DNA from: Candidatus Rariloculaceae bacterium
Lineage (GTDB): Bacteria > Pseudomonadota > Gammaproteobacteria > Steroidobacterales > Rariloculaceae
Assembly: GCA_965221035.1 (NCBI GenBank)
Contig: OZ244860.1
Location: 1,184,687 to 1,248,686, forward strand
DNA length: 64,000 nt
Direction of reading: 5' to 3'
Positions 1 to 13,905 of the stretch are shown here, piece after piece. The position numbers and the translations under genes were made by a program. The stretch's first letter is position 1; the number at the start of each line of letters is the position of its first letter. The notes beneath the pieces were generated by a model. That model was not told the origin of the DNA. It worked only from the letters and a program-made list of their open reading frames with translations, and searched no databases.

Positions 1-47
1 TACCGGCAAGCCGCGCGGAAGCGAACACCCGCCGCGACCAGCGCGCG

Positions 48-1133
48 TTGTCCTTCCTGACCGATGCCGTGAATGCCCTGACGGAATCCCTGACCTCCGA
101 GACTGTTGCCGTGAACACCTTCACCGATGCCGTAGCTCCCGATGCGGAACGACTCGATTCCGACGCTTGGCGACGTTCGATGCGCAACGGAATCGCAACC
201 GTAGGGGAACTGCTGGACACCGTGCGGGTGGACGGAAAGCGCGTGGACGGCATGCAACCCGTAGACGGGGAGTTTCCGTTACGCGTTCCACGATCCTACG
301 CGGCCCGCATGCGCAAGGGCGACGCCGCAGACCCACTGCTGCTGCAGGTACTGCCGCGCCGCGCCGAGCGGATGGAAGTTCCCGGCTTCGAACAGGACCC
401 GCTTCGCGAAACACTCCTGGCCAACCGGGGCGTACTGAAAAAGTATCGCGGACGCGCGCTGCTTGTGACCACCCCCGCCTGCCCGGTGCATTGCCGCTAT
501 TGCTTCCGTCGGCATTTTCCCTACGCGGACCAGGTGGCCGCGAAGGCTCGATGGGAGCCTGCGCTCCGGGAGTTGCGCCGCATGACAGACGTCACGGAGG
601 TCATCCTTTCAGGAGGCGACCCCCTCAGTCTCGAAAACCCCCGATTGGGAGATCTGCTGCGCCGGATCGAAGACCTGCCGCAGGTCGATACCGTGCGAAT
701 CCACTCGCGATTTCCCATCGTGTTGCCGGAGCGCGTCGATGCAGGTCTATTGGAACTCCTCGAAGGCACGCGACTGCGTACCGTCATGGTCGTTCACTGC
801 AACCACGCCAACGAAATCGACCGCCCGGTTCGAGCGGCGCTGGAAGCCGTGGCGCGCACCGGCACGACCCTCCTCAACCAGTCTGTGCTGCTCAAGCGTA
901 TCAACGACCGTGCGAACAGGCTGGAATCACTGAGCCGGGCGCTGTTCGGCTGCGGCGTGCTTCCCTATTACCTGCACCTGCTGGATCCCGTGAGCGGCAC
1001 CGCGCACTTCGATGTCCCGGCGCACAGGGCCATCGAGCTGATCGAAGAACTGCGGCGGCGCCTGCCCGGCTACCTGGTGCCCAGACTGGTCCGGGAAGAG
1101 CCCGGCGAAGCATGCAAGACGATCATCGAGTGA
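48..1133 (+). CDS. epmB: EF-P beta-lysylation protein EpmB (lysine 2,3-aminomutase-like radical SAM enzyme)
   Basis: 361-aa ORF with the radical-SAM cluster motif CPVHCRYC and YjeK-like blocks (PLRVPRSY, DPLLLQVLP, ILSGGDPL). The track start at 48 is TTG and the frame stays open to the window edge, so the true start may lie upstream. Confidence 0.8.
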   Translation: MSFLTDAVNALTESLTSETVAVNTFTDAVAPDAERLDSDAWRRSMRNGIATVGELLDTVRVDGKRVDGMQPVDGEFPLRVPRSYAARMRKGDAADPLLLQVLPRRAERMEVPGFEQDPLRETLLANRGVLKKYRGRALLVTTPACPVHCRYCFRRHFPYADQVAAKARWEPALRELRRMTDVTEVILSGGDPLSLENPRLGDLLRRIEDLPQVDTVRIHSRFPIVLPERVDAGLLELLEGTRLRTVMVVHCNHANEIDRPVRAALEAVARTGTTLLNQSVLLKRINDRANRLESLSRALFGCGVLPYYLHLLDPVSGTAHFDVPAHRAIELIEELRRRLPGYLVPRLVREEPGEACKTIIE

Positions 1134-1199
1134 ACTGAAGCAGAAGCGTTCAGCTGAACGCATTCCCCTCGACCGATCACAGGGTCGGCAGATCGCTGG

Positions 1200-1251
1200 A
1201 AATTTAGTTGCAGTTATTCAATAAACTAAATTTAGTCCATACACTAAATTT
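1200..1251. repeat. AT-rich cluster of ACTAAATTT / AAATTTAGT half-sites around a perfect 12-bp palindrome
   Basis: AAATTTAGT at 1200-1208, palindrome ACTAAATTTAGT at 1225-1236, ACTAAATTT at 1243-1251. About 60 nt of very low G+C between the convergent epmB and parC stops. Confidence 0.6.
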
Positions 1252-1327
1252 GGAAGGTGAGTATTGAGTCGCTCGCAGGTGAGCAGTCCGACTGAATGCC
1301 TTCCTCATACCAAATCCTCCGGTCAGA

Positions 1328-3592
1328 CTACTTCGAATTGGGCACTACCGGCGCGATCGCGTCGACCTTTCGGTAGCCACGCGGCAGCGCCAAACCGCGA
1401 CGGCCCCTGGTAGCCATGTATTTCTCGTGCAGGTCGATCGGCCTGAGCCGCATGTACCGCGTGCCGCAGAAGACCATCACCGCCTGGCGCTCGGCGAACG
1501 AGCAGAGGGACACCAGACGCAGATCCTGGCCCTTGGGCAAGCTCATTATCCTGTTGCCCCGGCCCCGGGCCAGGGCCGGCAGCTCTTCCAGGGGAAATGC
1601 CAGAAACCGGCCGTCGCTGGATGCGGCGGCGAGATACCGATGGGTGTCCGCAATTTGTGCCGCAGGCAGCACCTCAGCGCCCTTGGGAACATTCAGAACC
1701 GATTTTCCGGCCTTGGCGCGGGAGTGCAGGTCCTGCAGCGTGGCGATGAATCCGTATCCCGCCGTAGTCGCCAGCACCCAATGATCTTCCGGCTCGCCGA
1801 TGAGCACCGACTTGAATGTTGAACCATCCGGCGGATTCAGCCGCCCGGATAACGGCTCACCAAGGCTGCGGGCGGAAGGCAGCGTGTGCGCCGGCAGACT
1901 GTAAGCCCTGCCGGTGCTGTCCAGAAACACCGCCAACTGGTTGCTTCGACCCTTCGCCGCGGCCAGCAATGCGTCTCCGGAGCGGTAGTTCAACGCCGCG
2001 GCATCCACTTCGTGGCCCTTGGCCGCCCGCACCCAGCCGTGTTCGGACAGCACCACGGTGACCGGTCCGCTGGCGACCAGGTCGGACTCGTCGATCACCT
2101 GCGCCGCCTCCCGCTCGACGATACGCGTGCGTCGAGAGTCGCCGTGGTCCTCCGCCAGCGCCGTGAATTCCTCTTTGATGAGCGATACCAACCGGCTTCG
2201 GGAACCCAGAATCTCCTCCAGATCGGCCCGCTCGCCTGCGAGATCCGCCTGCTCGCCCCGGATTCGCGCCTCCTCCAGCCTCGCCAGGTGGCGCAGCCGC
2301 AGCTCCAGCACGGCTTCGGCCTGCACGTCGCTGAGCCCGAACCGTTGCATGAGCACGGGCTTGGGCTCATCTTCCGCACGGATGATGGCGATGACCTCGT
2401 CGATATTGAGAAAGGCGATCAACAAGCCGTCAAGGATGTGCAGCCGCTTCGTCACCCGCCGCAAGCGGTGTTCGAGCCGCCGCCTGACCGTGGCGGTGCG
2501 GAATTTCAGCCAGGATTCAAGCAGTGACTTGAGACCAAATACCGCCGGCCGGCCGTCCAGACCGATCACGTTCAGGTTGACCCGGACCGACCGTTCCAGA
2601 TCCGTTGTCGCGAACAAGTGGCCCATGAGCGCATCGGTGTCCACGCGGTTGGAGCGCGGCACCAGCACCAGCCGGGTGGGGTTCTCGTGGTCGGACTCGT
2701 CGCGCAGATCCTCCATCATCGGCAGCTTTCTGGCGCGCATCTGCGCGGCGATCTGTTCCAGCACCTTGGCGCCGGACACCTGGTAGGGCAGCTCGGTGAT
2801 GACAATGGCACCTTGCTGCACCTCGTACCGGGCGCGCAGCTTCAAACCGCCGGTCCCCTTGTTGTAGATTTCCGCGATGTCCGAGGGTGGCGAAACCAAC
2901 TCGCCGCCGGTGGGGAAATCCGGTCCCTTGATGTGCCGCATGAGCTGGGCGGTGGAGGTCTCCGGCTGTTCCAGCAGGCGGATCACGGCAGTTGCGACCT
3001 CGCGCAGGTTGTGCGGCGGCACGTCGGTGGACATGCCCACGGCGATGCCGCTGGTACCGTTCAGCAACAGGTTGGGCAGCCTGGCCGGCAGCAAGGCGGG
3101 CTCCTGGAGCGTGCCATCGAAATTCGGCGCCCAATCTACCGTACCCTGGTCCAGCTCCGACAGCAGGATCTGCGCATAGCGCGTCAACCGGGCCTCGGTG
3201 TAACGCATGGCCGCAAACGACTTGGGATCGTCCTGGGAACCCCAGTTGCCCTGCCCGTCGACAATCGGATAACGGCAGGCGAACGGCTGCGCCATGTGCA
3301 CCATGGCCTCGTAGCAGGCCGAGTCGCCATGGGGGTGGAACTTGCCGATGACATCACCGACAGCCCGGGCCGCCTTCTTGGGCTTGGCCGCGGCCGACAT
3401 GCCGAGGTCGCTCATGGCGTAGATGATCCGGCGCTGCACCGGCTTGAGACCGTCGCCGATGTGCGGCAGCGCCCGGTCGAGGACCACGTACATGGAATAA
3501 TCCAGGTACGCCTTCTCGCTGAACTCCGCCAGCGAAAGGCGTTCGATCCCTTCGAAATTCAATTCCTGTTCATGCATGGACTCATCTCGCAT
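1328..3592 (-). CDS. parC: DNA topoisomerase IV subunit A
   Basis: 754 aa. The N-terminus ([33 protein letters not shown]) is the GyrA/ParC signature, and pairing with the adjacent parE supports ParC. Alternative start at 3577 (MHEQE). Confidence 0.93.
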   Translation of the reverse strand: MRDESMHEQELNFEGIERLSLAEFSEKAYLDYSMYVVLDRALPHIGDGLKPVQRRIIYAMSDLGMSAAAKPKKAARAVGDVIGKFHPHGDSACYEAMVHMAQPFACRYPIVDGQGNWGSQDDPKSFAAMRYTEARLTRYAQILLSELDQGTVDWAPNFDGTLQEPALLPARLPNLLLNGTSGIAVGMSTDVPPHNLREVATAVIRLLEQPETSTAQLMRHIKGPDFPTGGELVSPPSDIAEIYNKGTGGLKLRARYEVQQGAIVITELPYQVSGAKVLEQIAAQMRARKLPMMEDLRDESDHENPTRLVLVPRSNRVDTDALMGHLFATTDLERSVRVNLNVIGLDGRPAVFGLKSLLESWLKFRTATVRRRLEHRLRRVTKRLHILDGLLIAFLNIDEVIAIIRAEDEPKPVLMQRFGLSDVQAEAVLELRLRHLARLEEARIRGEQADLAGERADLEEILGSRSRLVSLIKEEFTALAEDHGDSRRTRIVEREAAQVIDESDLVASGPVTVVLSEHGWVRAAKGHEVDAAALNYRSGDALLAAAKGRSNQLAVFLDSTGRAYSLPAHTLPSARSLGEPLSGRLNPPDGSTFKSVLIGEPEDHWVLATTAGYGFIATLQDLHSRAKAGKSVLNVPKGAEVLPAAQIADTHRYLAAASSDGRFLAFPLEELPALARGRGNRIMSLPKGQDLRLVSLCSFAERQAVMVFCGTRYMRLRPIDLHEKYMATRGRRGLALPRGYRKVDAIAPVVPNSK

Positions 3593-3651
3593 GTTCGTTC
3601 ACTTGTCCGGTTTCAGACTGACCTGGGCTAGAAAGACAGTCTGCCACGGGT

Positions 3652-3802
3652 GCCGCAAGGCCGGGCGAGCAAGCCCATTGCGGGCTCAAGTTCGCCCGCC
3701 ATCCCTGGCGGGCTCACATCGGGGCCCGGCGCTCCTGGCCATCCCTGGCCCCGCGCCGTGCCCACGACGCCCGCAATGGGCTTGCTCGCCCGGCCTTGCG
3801 GC
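3652..3802. repeat. Composite palindromic element, copy A (34-bp perfect arms, two-hairpin core)
   Basis: 3652-3685 is the exact reverse complement of 3769-3802 (34/34). Internal hairpins are GCCCGCCA-TCCC-TGGCGGGC (3694-3713) and GGCCA-TCCC-TGGCC (3737-3750). The core aligns with 38499-38580. Confidence 0.85.
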
Positions 3803-3842
3803 GTCCAGTCCCTTGGCGAACATTATCCGGTCGAACCTGCCC

Positions 3843-5882
<2,040 letters not shown>

Positions 5883-5976
5883 TTAGCGGCTCGATCACGC
5901 CAGATCCGGTCTACATGGTGGAATCTTCGGAGCCGACCGCTGCACGCGACGCCAGCCCGAACCCGGCCATACGGAA

Positions 5977-6879
5977 TTACATCGTGTCCATCAGTTCGCG
6001 CAGCGTTGTCGCCAGCAACCGAAACTCCCGGGTTCTCTGCGACGTCTGACGCCACGCCAAGCCGATCTGACGGGCCGCCGGCACGCCGAGCCGTGAAACG
6101 GAGATTCCCGTCCCACGGGTCATGTGCGCGTCGACCGCAAGTCTCGGGATGAGGGCGACGCCGACACCCGCCGCGACCATCTGCACCATCGTCAGCAAAC
6201 TGCTGGCCTCGAACTGTGCCCGAAATCGCCTGTCGCTCGTCGTGCAGACATCCAGGGTGTGGCCGCGCAGGCAGTGGCCTTCCTCAAGCAACATGAGCTG
6301 TTCGCCCGCCAGCGTTGCGAGGGAAATTACGTCGGCCCCGGCGAGCGCGTGTTTACGGTGGCAGGCAAACAGGAGCTCGTCTTCCATGAGGATTTCGATG
6401 CGCAGGTCATCCGTATCGTACGGCAATGCAATCAAGGCGGCATCCAGTTCCCCATCTTCCAGCCGCGCAAGCAGCGGCGCTGTCTGCTCCTCCCTGAGGT
6501 AAATCGCAAGTTTGGGAAATTTCTCGCTCAACGCCGGGAAGACCCGCGGCAGCACGAATGGGCCGATCGTCGGGATCACTCCGAGGCGCATCTCCCCGGT
6601 CATCGGAGAGCGGGCTGCCCGGGCCACCTCCATGACCTCTTCAGCTTCGCGCAATACCGCCTTCGCCCGCTCGGCAACCTGCGAGCCGAATGGGGTGATC
6701 AATACACGCCGGTTGGAACGCTCCGCGACGGCGGTCCCGAGCACCGATTCCAGGTCTCGGATTCCCGCGCTGAGTGTCGACTGGGTGATGTGGCAGCGCT
6801 GTGCCGCCCGGCCAAAATGCCGGGTGTCGGCCAGCGCCACGAGGTACTGGAGCTGCTTCATCGTGGGCAACCGCTTCAT
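5977..6879 (-). CDS. oxyR: LysR-family peroxide-sensing regulator OxyR
   Basis: 300 aa with an LTTR wHTH (LQYLVALADTRHFGRAAQRCHITQSTLSAGIRDLE). Divergent from katG, and carries a GHCLR motif at the redox-Cys position. Likely true start MKQLQYL at 6861. Confidence 0.85.
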   Translation of the reverse strand: MKRLPTMKQLQYLVALADTRHFGRAAQRCHITQSTLSAGIRDLESVLGTAVAERSNRRVLITPFGSQVAERAKAVLREAEEVMEVARAARSPMTGEMRLGVIPTIGPFVLPRVFPALSEKFPKLAIYLREEQTAPLLARLEDGELDAALIALPYDTDDLRIEILMEDELLFACHRKHALAGADVISLATLAGEQLMLLEEGHCLRGHTLDVCTTSDRRFRAQFEASSLLTMVQMVAAGVGVALIPRLAVDAHMTRGTGISVSRLGVPAARQIGLAWRQTSQRTREFRLLATTLRELMDTM

Positions 6880-6908
6880 TTGCCGTAGCCGCCTTCGAAT
6901 ATCCGTAA

Positions 6909-9254
<2,346 letters not shown>

Positions 9255-9298
9255 CCTCGGGTTGGTTGGAGCGACCTCGCTCCATCGCTGAACGGGAG

Positions 9299-9336
9299 GA
9301 AGGTCCTCGGCAGGATGGGTCGAGGGCCTTCTTTCT
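9299..9336 (+). terminator. Intrinsic terminator downstream of katG
   Basis: An 11-bp stem, GAAGGTCCTCG (9299-9309) pairing with CGAGGGCCTTC (9321-9331) with one G-U pair, followed by TTTCT. Confidence 0.6.
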
Positions 9337-9384
9337 GCGCAAAAACCAGCTTCAGGCGTCCATGGGTAGCTTCCCGTTGCCCTT

Positions 9385-9426
9385 GACTTGCCTCCAGATG
9401 AGTCGGACTTGCCTCCGGATGAGTCG
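9385..9426. repeat. 21-bp tandem duplication (2 copies, 20/21 identical)
   Basis: GACTTGCCTCCAGATGAGTCG (9385-9405) followed by GACTTGCCTCCGGATGAGTCG (9406-9426), in the katG/TBDR convergent spacer. Confidence 0.8.
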
Positions 9427-9497
9427 CAGCGTGGCGTCCTGCTTGTCGAACCTCTGGTCGACATGCGCCGTGCCTTGCCGGATGGCGAGTCCCAACC

Positions 9498-11957
9498 TCA
9501 GAAGTAGGCCTTCACTCCCGCCCAAACGGTGCGGGGCGCTCCGGGCGCCAGGAAACGTACGTCTTCGCCGATGTCGTCGAGTCCGATGATCTCGTCCGGC
9601 TCTTCGCCGATCAGGCCGAAGTTCTCGTATTCCCGGTCCAGCAGGTTCTCCACCAGCACGAACGCCTCGAATCGCTCCCCGCTGTAGTTTGCGCGAACAT
9701 TCACCGTCGCGTGGCCGTCCAGCTTGTCCAGTTCATTGGATTCGTCGCCGCGCAGGTGGCTGCCGGCGACCGCCAGAAACTCGAGCTCCGCGGACATCCG
9801 GCTCGAGAACGCACGCTCGATGGCGGCCTTGAAGATGTGATCAGGTATTCCCGGCAGGCTGGCGCCGGCACTTACGGGACGGGTGCCGAACGCGCCCCCC
9901 TCATCGTCGTCGTCGCCATTATTGTCCCCGCCGCCCGCACGCGGCTCGTCATCGTCGTCATCATCGCCCCGCAGCAGCGCGTTGGCCGGATGGTTTGGGC
10001 TCAGGACGTCGAAGTCGTCTTCAAACGTCGCACGAATGTACGTGTAGTGGGCATTCCATCGCCATCGCCCGGTTGAGCCAAGGAGCGAAGCCTCGACGCC
10101 CAGCCGCCTGGTCCTGTCGATATTCTTGAACAGTCCGTGCGCCCGGGTCTGCCCGGTCTGCCAGATGATGTCATTCTCATTGAGTGTCCGGAACAGACCC
10201 AGCGACCCGCTCCAGACGTCGGACAGTGCGCCGCGAATGCCGATCTCGAGATTTCTGGCGATGACTTCGTCCAGGGGTGGATCCGCCAGGAAGGCATTCG
10301 GCAAACGGCATTCCTCCACCTCGCCCGTAATTGGGTTGCGGCTCAATTCCTCGCTGCAGGCAAGTTCGATGGGCGTCGGCAGGCGGCTGGATTCATTGTA
10401 GGCTCCATAGAGGTCCAGCTGGTCCGACAAGCGGCGCACGGCACCCACCCCCCAGTTGAAGTTTCCGAAGTCGTGCTCGCCGTTCAGTTGCGGCTGCTCG
10501 CCGGTTCGATCGCGCAACTCGATTCGGCTGCCGTGCCAGAAGCCTGACACGGTGACAGACCAGTCCTCGCCTGGAGAAAAGCGGCTGCCCGCGTAGACGT
10601 AGTTGCGCGCAATTTCGGTGTCGATCTCGGTACGCTCATCGGCGAAACCGCCGCTCACCGAACCTGACGTGGTGGTCGAGCGCGTCGACGGATCGAACAG
10701 GGCGAATTGCACGCTGGAGTCGAAGCCGCTGCTGCCGCGATAGAAGCCCGCACCCACTGTCAGGTCGTGCTCCAGCCCGAACAGCTCCGTCACCGCGTCG
10801 ATCTCCAGGGCGCCTCCCCTGGAATCCTGCTGCCTGCCGCTGATATTGTTGATCGCGCTGCAGCCGCTCTCACCGAAAGCCTCCGTGAATTCGTCCTCGT
10901 CGATACCGCCATCGCTGAGCGACCTGTCCAGTTCGTCCTCCACCGCCTCGCGGCACGCGCCCTGCAACATCCCTGTGAGCCTGTCGATGCCGCCAAAACC
11001 GTCGTCGATGAGCTCTTCCACCTCGTCCTCGTCCAGCCCATCGCCGTTGAATGACCCGGTGTCATTGCTGCGGAAATACAGGTTGGCCGAGAGGTCAATC
11101 CGGTCGGCCAGCGCGTAATCGCCCCTCAGCGCCAGGGTCCGAGTATCGTTGCGGGTTATGTCGGGCGCGGAAAAAATCCGTTCTCGACCCACCGCCAGCA
11201 ATCCGACGGGCGACAGGCCGTTGCCCGTAAGGTCCGACCGGGCTCCGTGGTAGTCGAGGCCCAAGGCACCCCGCTCGCCGCGCCAGTCCACACTGCCGTA
11301 CAGGTTTTCCGTCCAGGACGGAGACATGTCCCGCCATCCGTTCTCCTCGAAGCGTTGCGCGTTGACGTAGTAGGCCCAGTTGCCGTTGTTGCCGCCGCTC
11401 TCGATGTTGGCGATGATCCTGCTGTGGGAACCGCCTTCGACTTCCACCGAATGCCGCGGGTGCGTGAATCCGTTCTTCATCCTCACGACCACCGAGCCGC
11501 CTAGCGTGTTCAGCCCGTACAGGGGGTTCGAACCGCCGAGAAGGCTGAGGCTCGCGATCGCGTTCATGGGCACCAGGTCCCAGTTCACGGCGTCGCCCAG
11601 CGGTTCGTTGAGCCGCACCCCGTTCTGGTAGACCGTCAGCCCGATGGGCAGACCCAGCAGCGGAGATGCGGCGTAACCCCGGAAGTAGAGGTCCGGCTGC
11701 AGAGGATTGCCCTGGGCCGAGTGAACGTGAACGCCGCCGAAGCGCCGGCTGAGGAAGCTGGAAATATCGGCGCTGCCGCTCGCCGCCAACTGTTCCGCAG
11801 TGGCGGACTGGAACGTGCCGGGAAAGTCCCGGACACTCCTTCCCTCGGCGCGCACGGGTGTCGTACCGAACACTGTGACCGTCTCGATATCCTGCGCCGG
11901 CAACGCCGCCGCGACGAGTAGCGACGGGAGCGTTGGCGCCGTTTTGAGCCACCGCAT
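9498..11957 (-). CDS. TonB-dependent outer-membrane receptor
   Basis: Signal peptide (MRWLKTAPTLPSLLVAAALPAQD), plug domain (ETVTVFG...LYFRGY...VYQNGVRLNE) and a C-terminal beta-barrel ending in the aromatic residue (GVKAYF). Start moved to the ATG at 11957. Confidence 0.85.
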   Translation of the reverse strand: MRWLKTAPTLPSLLVAAALPAQDIETVTVFGTTPVRAEGRSVRDFPGTFQSATAEQLAASGSADISSFLSRRFGGVHVHSAQGNPLQPDLYFRGYAASPLLGLPIGLTVYQNGVRLNEPLGDAVNWDLVPMNAIASLSLLGGSNPLYGLNTLGGSVVVRMKNGFTHPRHSVEVEGGSHSRIIANIESGGNNGNWAYYVNAQRFEENGWRDMSPSWTENLYGSVDWRGERGALGLDYHGARSDLTGNGLSPVGLLAVGRERIFSAPDITRNDTRTLALRGDYALADRIDLSANLYFRSNDTGSFNGDGLDEDEVEELIDDGFGGIDRLTGMLQGACREAVEDELDRSLSDGGIDEDEFTEAFGESGCSAINNISGRQQDSRGGALEIDAVTELFGLEHDLTVGAGFYRGSSGFDSSVQFALFDPSTRSTTTSGSVSGGFADERTEIDTEIARNYVYAGSRFSPGEDWSVTVSGFWHGSRIELRDRTGEQPQLNGEHDFGNFNWGVGAVRRLSDQLDLYGAYNESSRLPTPIELACSEELSRNPITGEVEECRLPNAFLADPPLDEVIARNLEIGIRGALSDVWSGSLGLFRTLNENDIIWQTGQTRAHGLFKNIDRTRRLGVEASLLGSTGRWRWNAHYTYIRATFEDDFDVLSPNHPANALLRGDDDDDDEPRAGGGDNNGDDDDEGGAFGTRPVSAGASLPGIPDHIFKAAIERAFSSRMSAELEFLAVAGSHLRGDESNELDKLDGHATVNVRANYSGERFEAFVLVENLLDREYENFGLIGEEPDEIIGLDDIGEDVRFLAPGAPRTVWAGVKAYF

Positions 11958-12106
11958 CGGGAACGCAGTGGTGGCGCGGAACTTTTTCGATCTTGGCACC
12001 GATACCTCCGGCGCATTGACACCTTGGAGCGGCGCCAAGCTTAACGCATTTGACCGTGGAGACCCGCCTGTGTACCGTGCGCCGTGCGGACCGGGAGGGT
12101 CGATCA

Positions 12107-12346
12107 ATGACCAAGGAATCGGGCGTTGCAGGGCTTGAAAAATCCCTCGACGAACTCGAAGCACTGCTGAAGGAACTGGAAAGCGGCGAACTGACGCTCG
12201 AAGCGGCGCTGGCGCATTTCGAGCGGGGCGTGGAGCTGACCCGCGAGTGCCAGAAGTCCCTGCGGGAAGCGGAACAGAAGGTCGAAATCCTGCTGCGAAA
12301 AACGCCCGAGGACGAGCCGGAACCGTTCGACGCGCCGGGGAAGTGA
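12107..12346 (+). CDS. xseB: Exodeoxyribonuclease VII small subunit
   Basis: About 79 aa. LEKSLDELEALLKELESGELTLEAALAHFERGVELTRECQKSLREAEQKVEIL is the XseB pattern. Start chosen at the ATG at 12107. Confidence 0.85.
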   Translation: MTKESGVAGLEKSLDELEALLKELESGELTLEAALAHFERGVELTRECQKSLREAEQKVEILLRKTPEDEPEPFDAPGK

Positions 12347-12377
12347 CGCCTCCCGAGCGCAGCCGGACCGGCGAGCC

Positions 12378-12920
12378 TCAGACGAAAACCAGCTTGGCCA
12401 CCATCAAGCAAGCCGCCGCCAGGCCCGCCGCCGCCAGGTCGTCGAGCACGATCCCCAAACCGCCGCCCACGCGACGGTCCAGCCAGCCCACCGGCCATGG
12501 CTTGGCGATATCGAAAAGACGAAACAGCACGAAGGCCGCAATCCACCACTGTGGTTCGGGAGGAAGGACCAGCGTGACGGCGAGGAACCCGACGATCTCG
12601 TCCCAGACGATGGCCGAATGATCGTGTGTTCCCAGCCGTCGTGAGCTCTCCCCGCATATCCAGATCCCGGCCAAGGTGAGCCCGGCCACCATCGCGATAC
12701 GGCCCGGCATCGGAAGTGAAAGCATCCACCAGCCGGGAATGACCGCAAGTAGCGTGCCTGCCGTTCCCGGCATGCGCGGAACCAGCCCGACGCCAAAACC
12801 CAGGGCCAGGCAGTGGACCGGATGACGCAACAGTGAAAGACCGGCCCGCCCGATTTCAGGGCCCGCTGCCGCCGCCGCTTCCGTGGCGGACTCCGTCTCC
12901 GACTGCAAATGCCTACGCAT
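12378..12920 (-). CDS. pgpA: Phosphatidylglycerophosphatase A
   Basis: 180 aa with the PgpA pattern (LGFGVGLVPRMPGTAGTL...WDEIVG...FRLFDIAKPWP). Follows thiL as in many gammaproteobacteria. Confidence 0.85.
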   Translation of the reverse strand: MRRHLQSETESATEAAAAAGPEIGRAGLSLLRHPVHCLALGFGVGLVPRMPGTAGTLLAVIPGWWMLSLPMPGRIAMVAGLTLAGIWICGESSRRLGTHDHSAIVWDEIVGFLAVTLVLPPEPQWWIAAFVLFRLFDIAKPWPVGWLDRRVGGGLGIVLDDLAAAGLAAACLMVAKLVFV

Positions 12921-13905
12921 CGAAAAAGTGCAAGTAACCGCCGTACGCTCTCCGCTCCAGCGTTTGACCGTTCCGCCTGCAATGTATGCCGCTGCCGACC
13001 TGCAGTTGGCCTATTCTGCGCACCGGCGTGCCGCAGCGAGGCAAGACTCGCCGGACCGCCCGGCGCCTGGAGGAAGGCGCGGTAAAACACAGCTCGTAAT
13101 CGTCCCCTCCGGTCAGGGCCCAGTTTTCCACCTCATCCGTGGAAAACAGCGCCCTTGCATATTCCGATGTCGGCACCCTCTCCACATCGATCCGGGCGCC
13201 GCAACCGCTCGCCTCGCACAGATGTCCCAGGTCGGCGAGCAGACCATCGGAAACGTCGATGGCGGCGCTGGCGATGCCTCGCAAGGCGAGCCCTTCCGCA
13301 AGCCGCGGCTGCGGCCTGAGAAACCGCTTGCGAAGCGCCCGATGCGCGGCCCCTTCGCCGGGGTCGTTGGATACCAGGAGCCGCAAGCCCGCCCCGCCGT
13401 CCCCCAGGCAACCGGTGACGTAGATGTCATCGCCCGGTGCGGCGCCAGCACGGGTCAGCATCCGTTCCTTGTCCACTTCGCCAATCATCTGAACCGTTAC
13501 CGAAAGAGGGCCGCGCGTGGTGTCGCCACCCACCAGGACGACCCCATGCGTCTCGGCCAGTTCGAAGAACCCACGCGCGAACGCCTCAAGCCAGGCGTGA
13601 TCCACCTCCGGCACCGTCAGCGCGAGCGTGCACCAGCGCGGCCGGGCGCCCATGGCGGCAAGATCGCTCAGGTTCACGGCCAGGATCCGGTGGCCCACGG
13701 CATCGCCCATGAGATCATCCGGAAAATGAACGCCCGCGACCATCGTGTCGGTGGCGACCGCCGTCGCCTCCGCGGTTTCAATGACCGCCGCGTCATCACC
13801 GATTCCCAGAATTACTCCGGGACCCTTGATGTCCCGTACGAAATACTGCCGGATGAGCTTGAATTCGTCCCGGCTCAACGGCGCCGGTTCAGGTTGCGCG
13901 GCCAT
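12913..13905 (-). CDS. thiL: Thiamine-monophosphate kinase
   Basis: AIR-synthase-like blocks (EFKLIRQYF, GIGDDAAVI, VAGVHF, GGDTTRGP). Start uncertain: ATG at 13905 overlaps the nusB end, and TTG at 13878 is an alternative. Confidence 0.88.
   Translation of the reverse strand: MAAQPEPAPLSRDEFKLIRQYFVRDIKGPGVILGIGDDAAVIETAEATAVATDTMVAGVHFPDDLMGDAVGHRILAVNLSDLAAMGARPRWCTLALTVPEVDHAWLEAFARGFFELAETHGVVLVGGDTTRGPLSVTVQMIGEVDKERMLTRAGAAPGDDIYVTGCLGDGGAGLRLLVSNDPGEGAAHRALRKRFLRPQPRLAEGLALRGIASAAIDVSDGLLADLGHLCEASGCGARIDVERVPTSEYARALFSTDEVENWALTGGDDYELCFTAPSSRRRAVRRVLPRCGTPVRRIGQLQVGSGIHCRRNGQTLERRAYGGYLHFFDA

Noticed and set aside
1200-1236. Possible dif (XerC/XerD) site in the AT-rich palindromic cluster near the topo IV genes
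   Set aside because: The inverted arms are separated by 14 nt rather than a 6-nt core, and the right arm does not match the conserved TTATGTTAAAT-type XerD arm.
11520-11545. GGTTCGAACC tRNA T-arm-like string
   Set aside because: It lies inside the TonB-dependent receptor coding frame and no cloverleaf can be built around it.
11095-12729. 544-aa ORF on the - strand spanning the TBDR 5' end, xseB and pgpA
   Set aside because: It is out of frame with or antisense to three well-supported genes, and its sequence is Arg/Gly-rich low-complexity.
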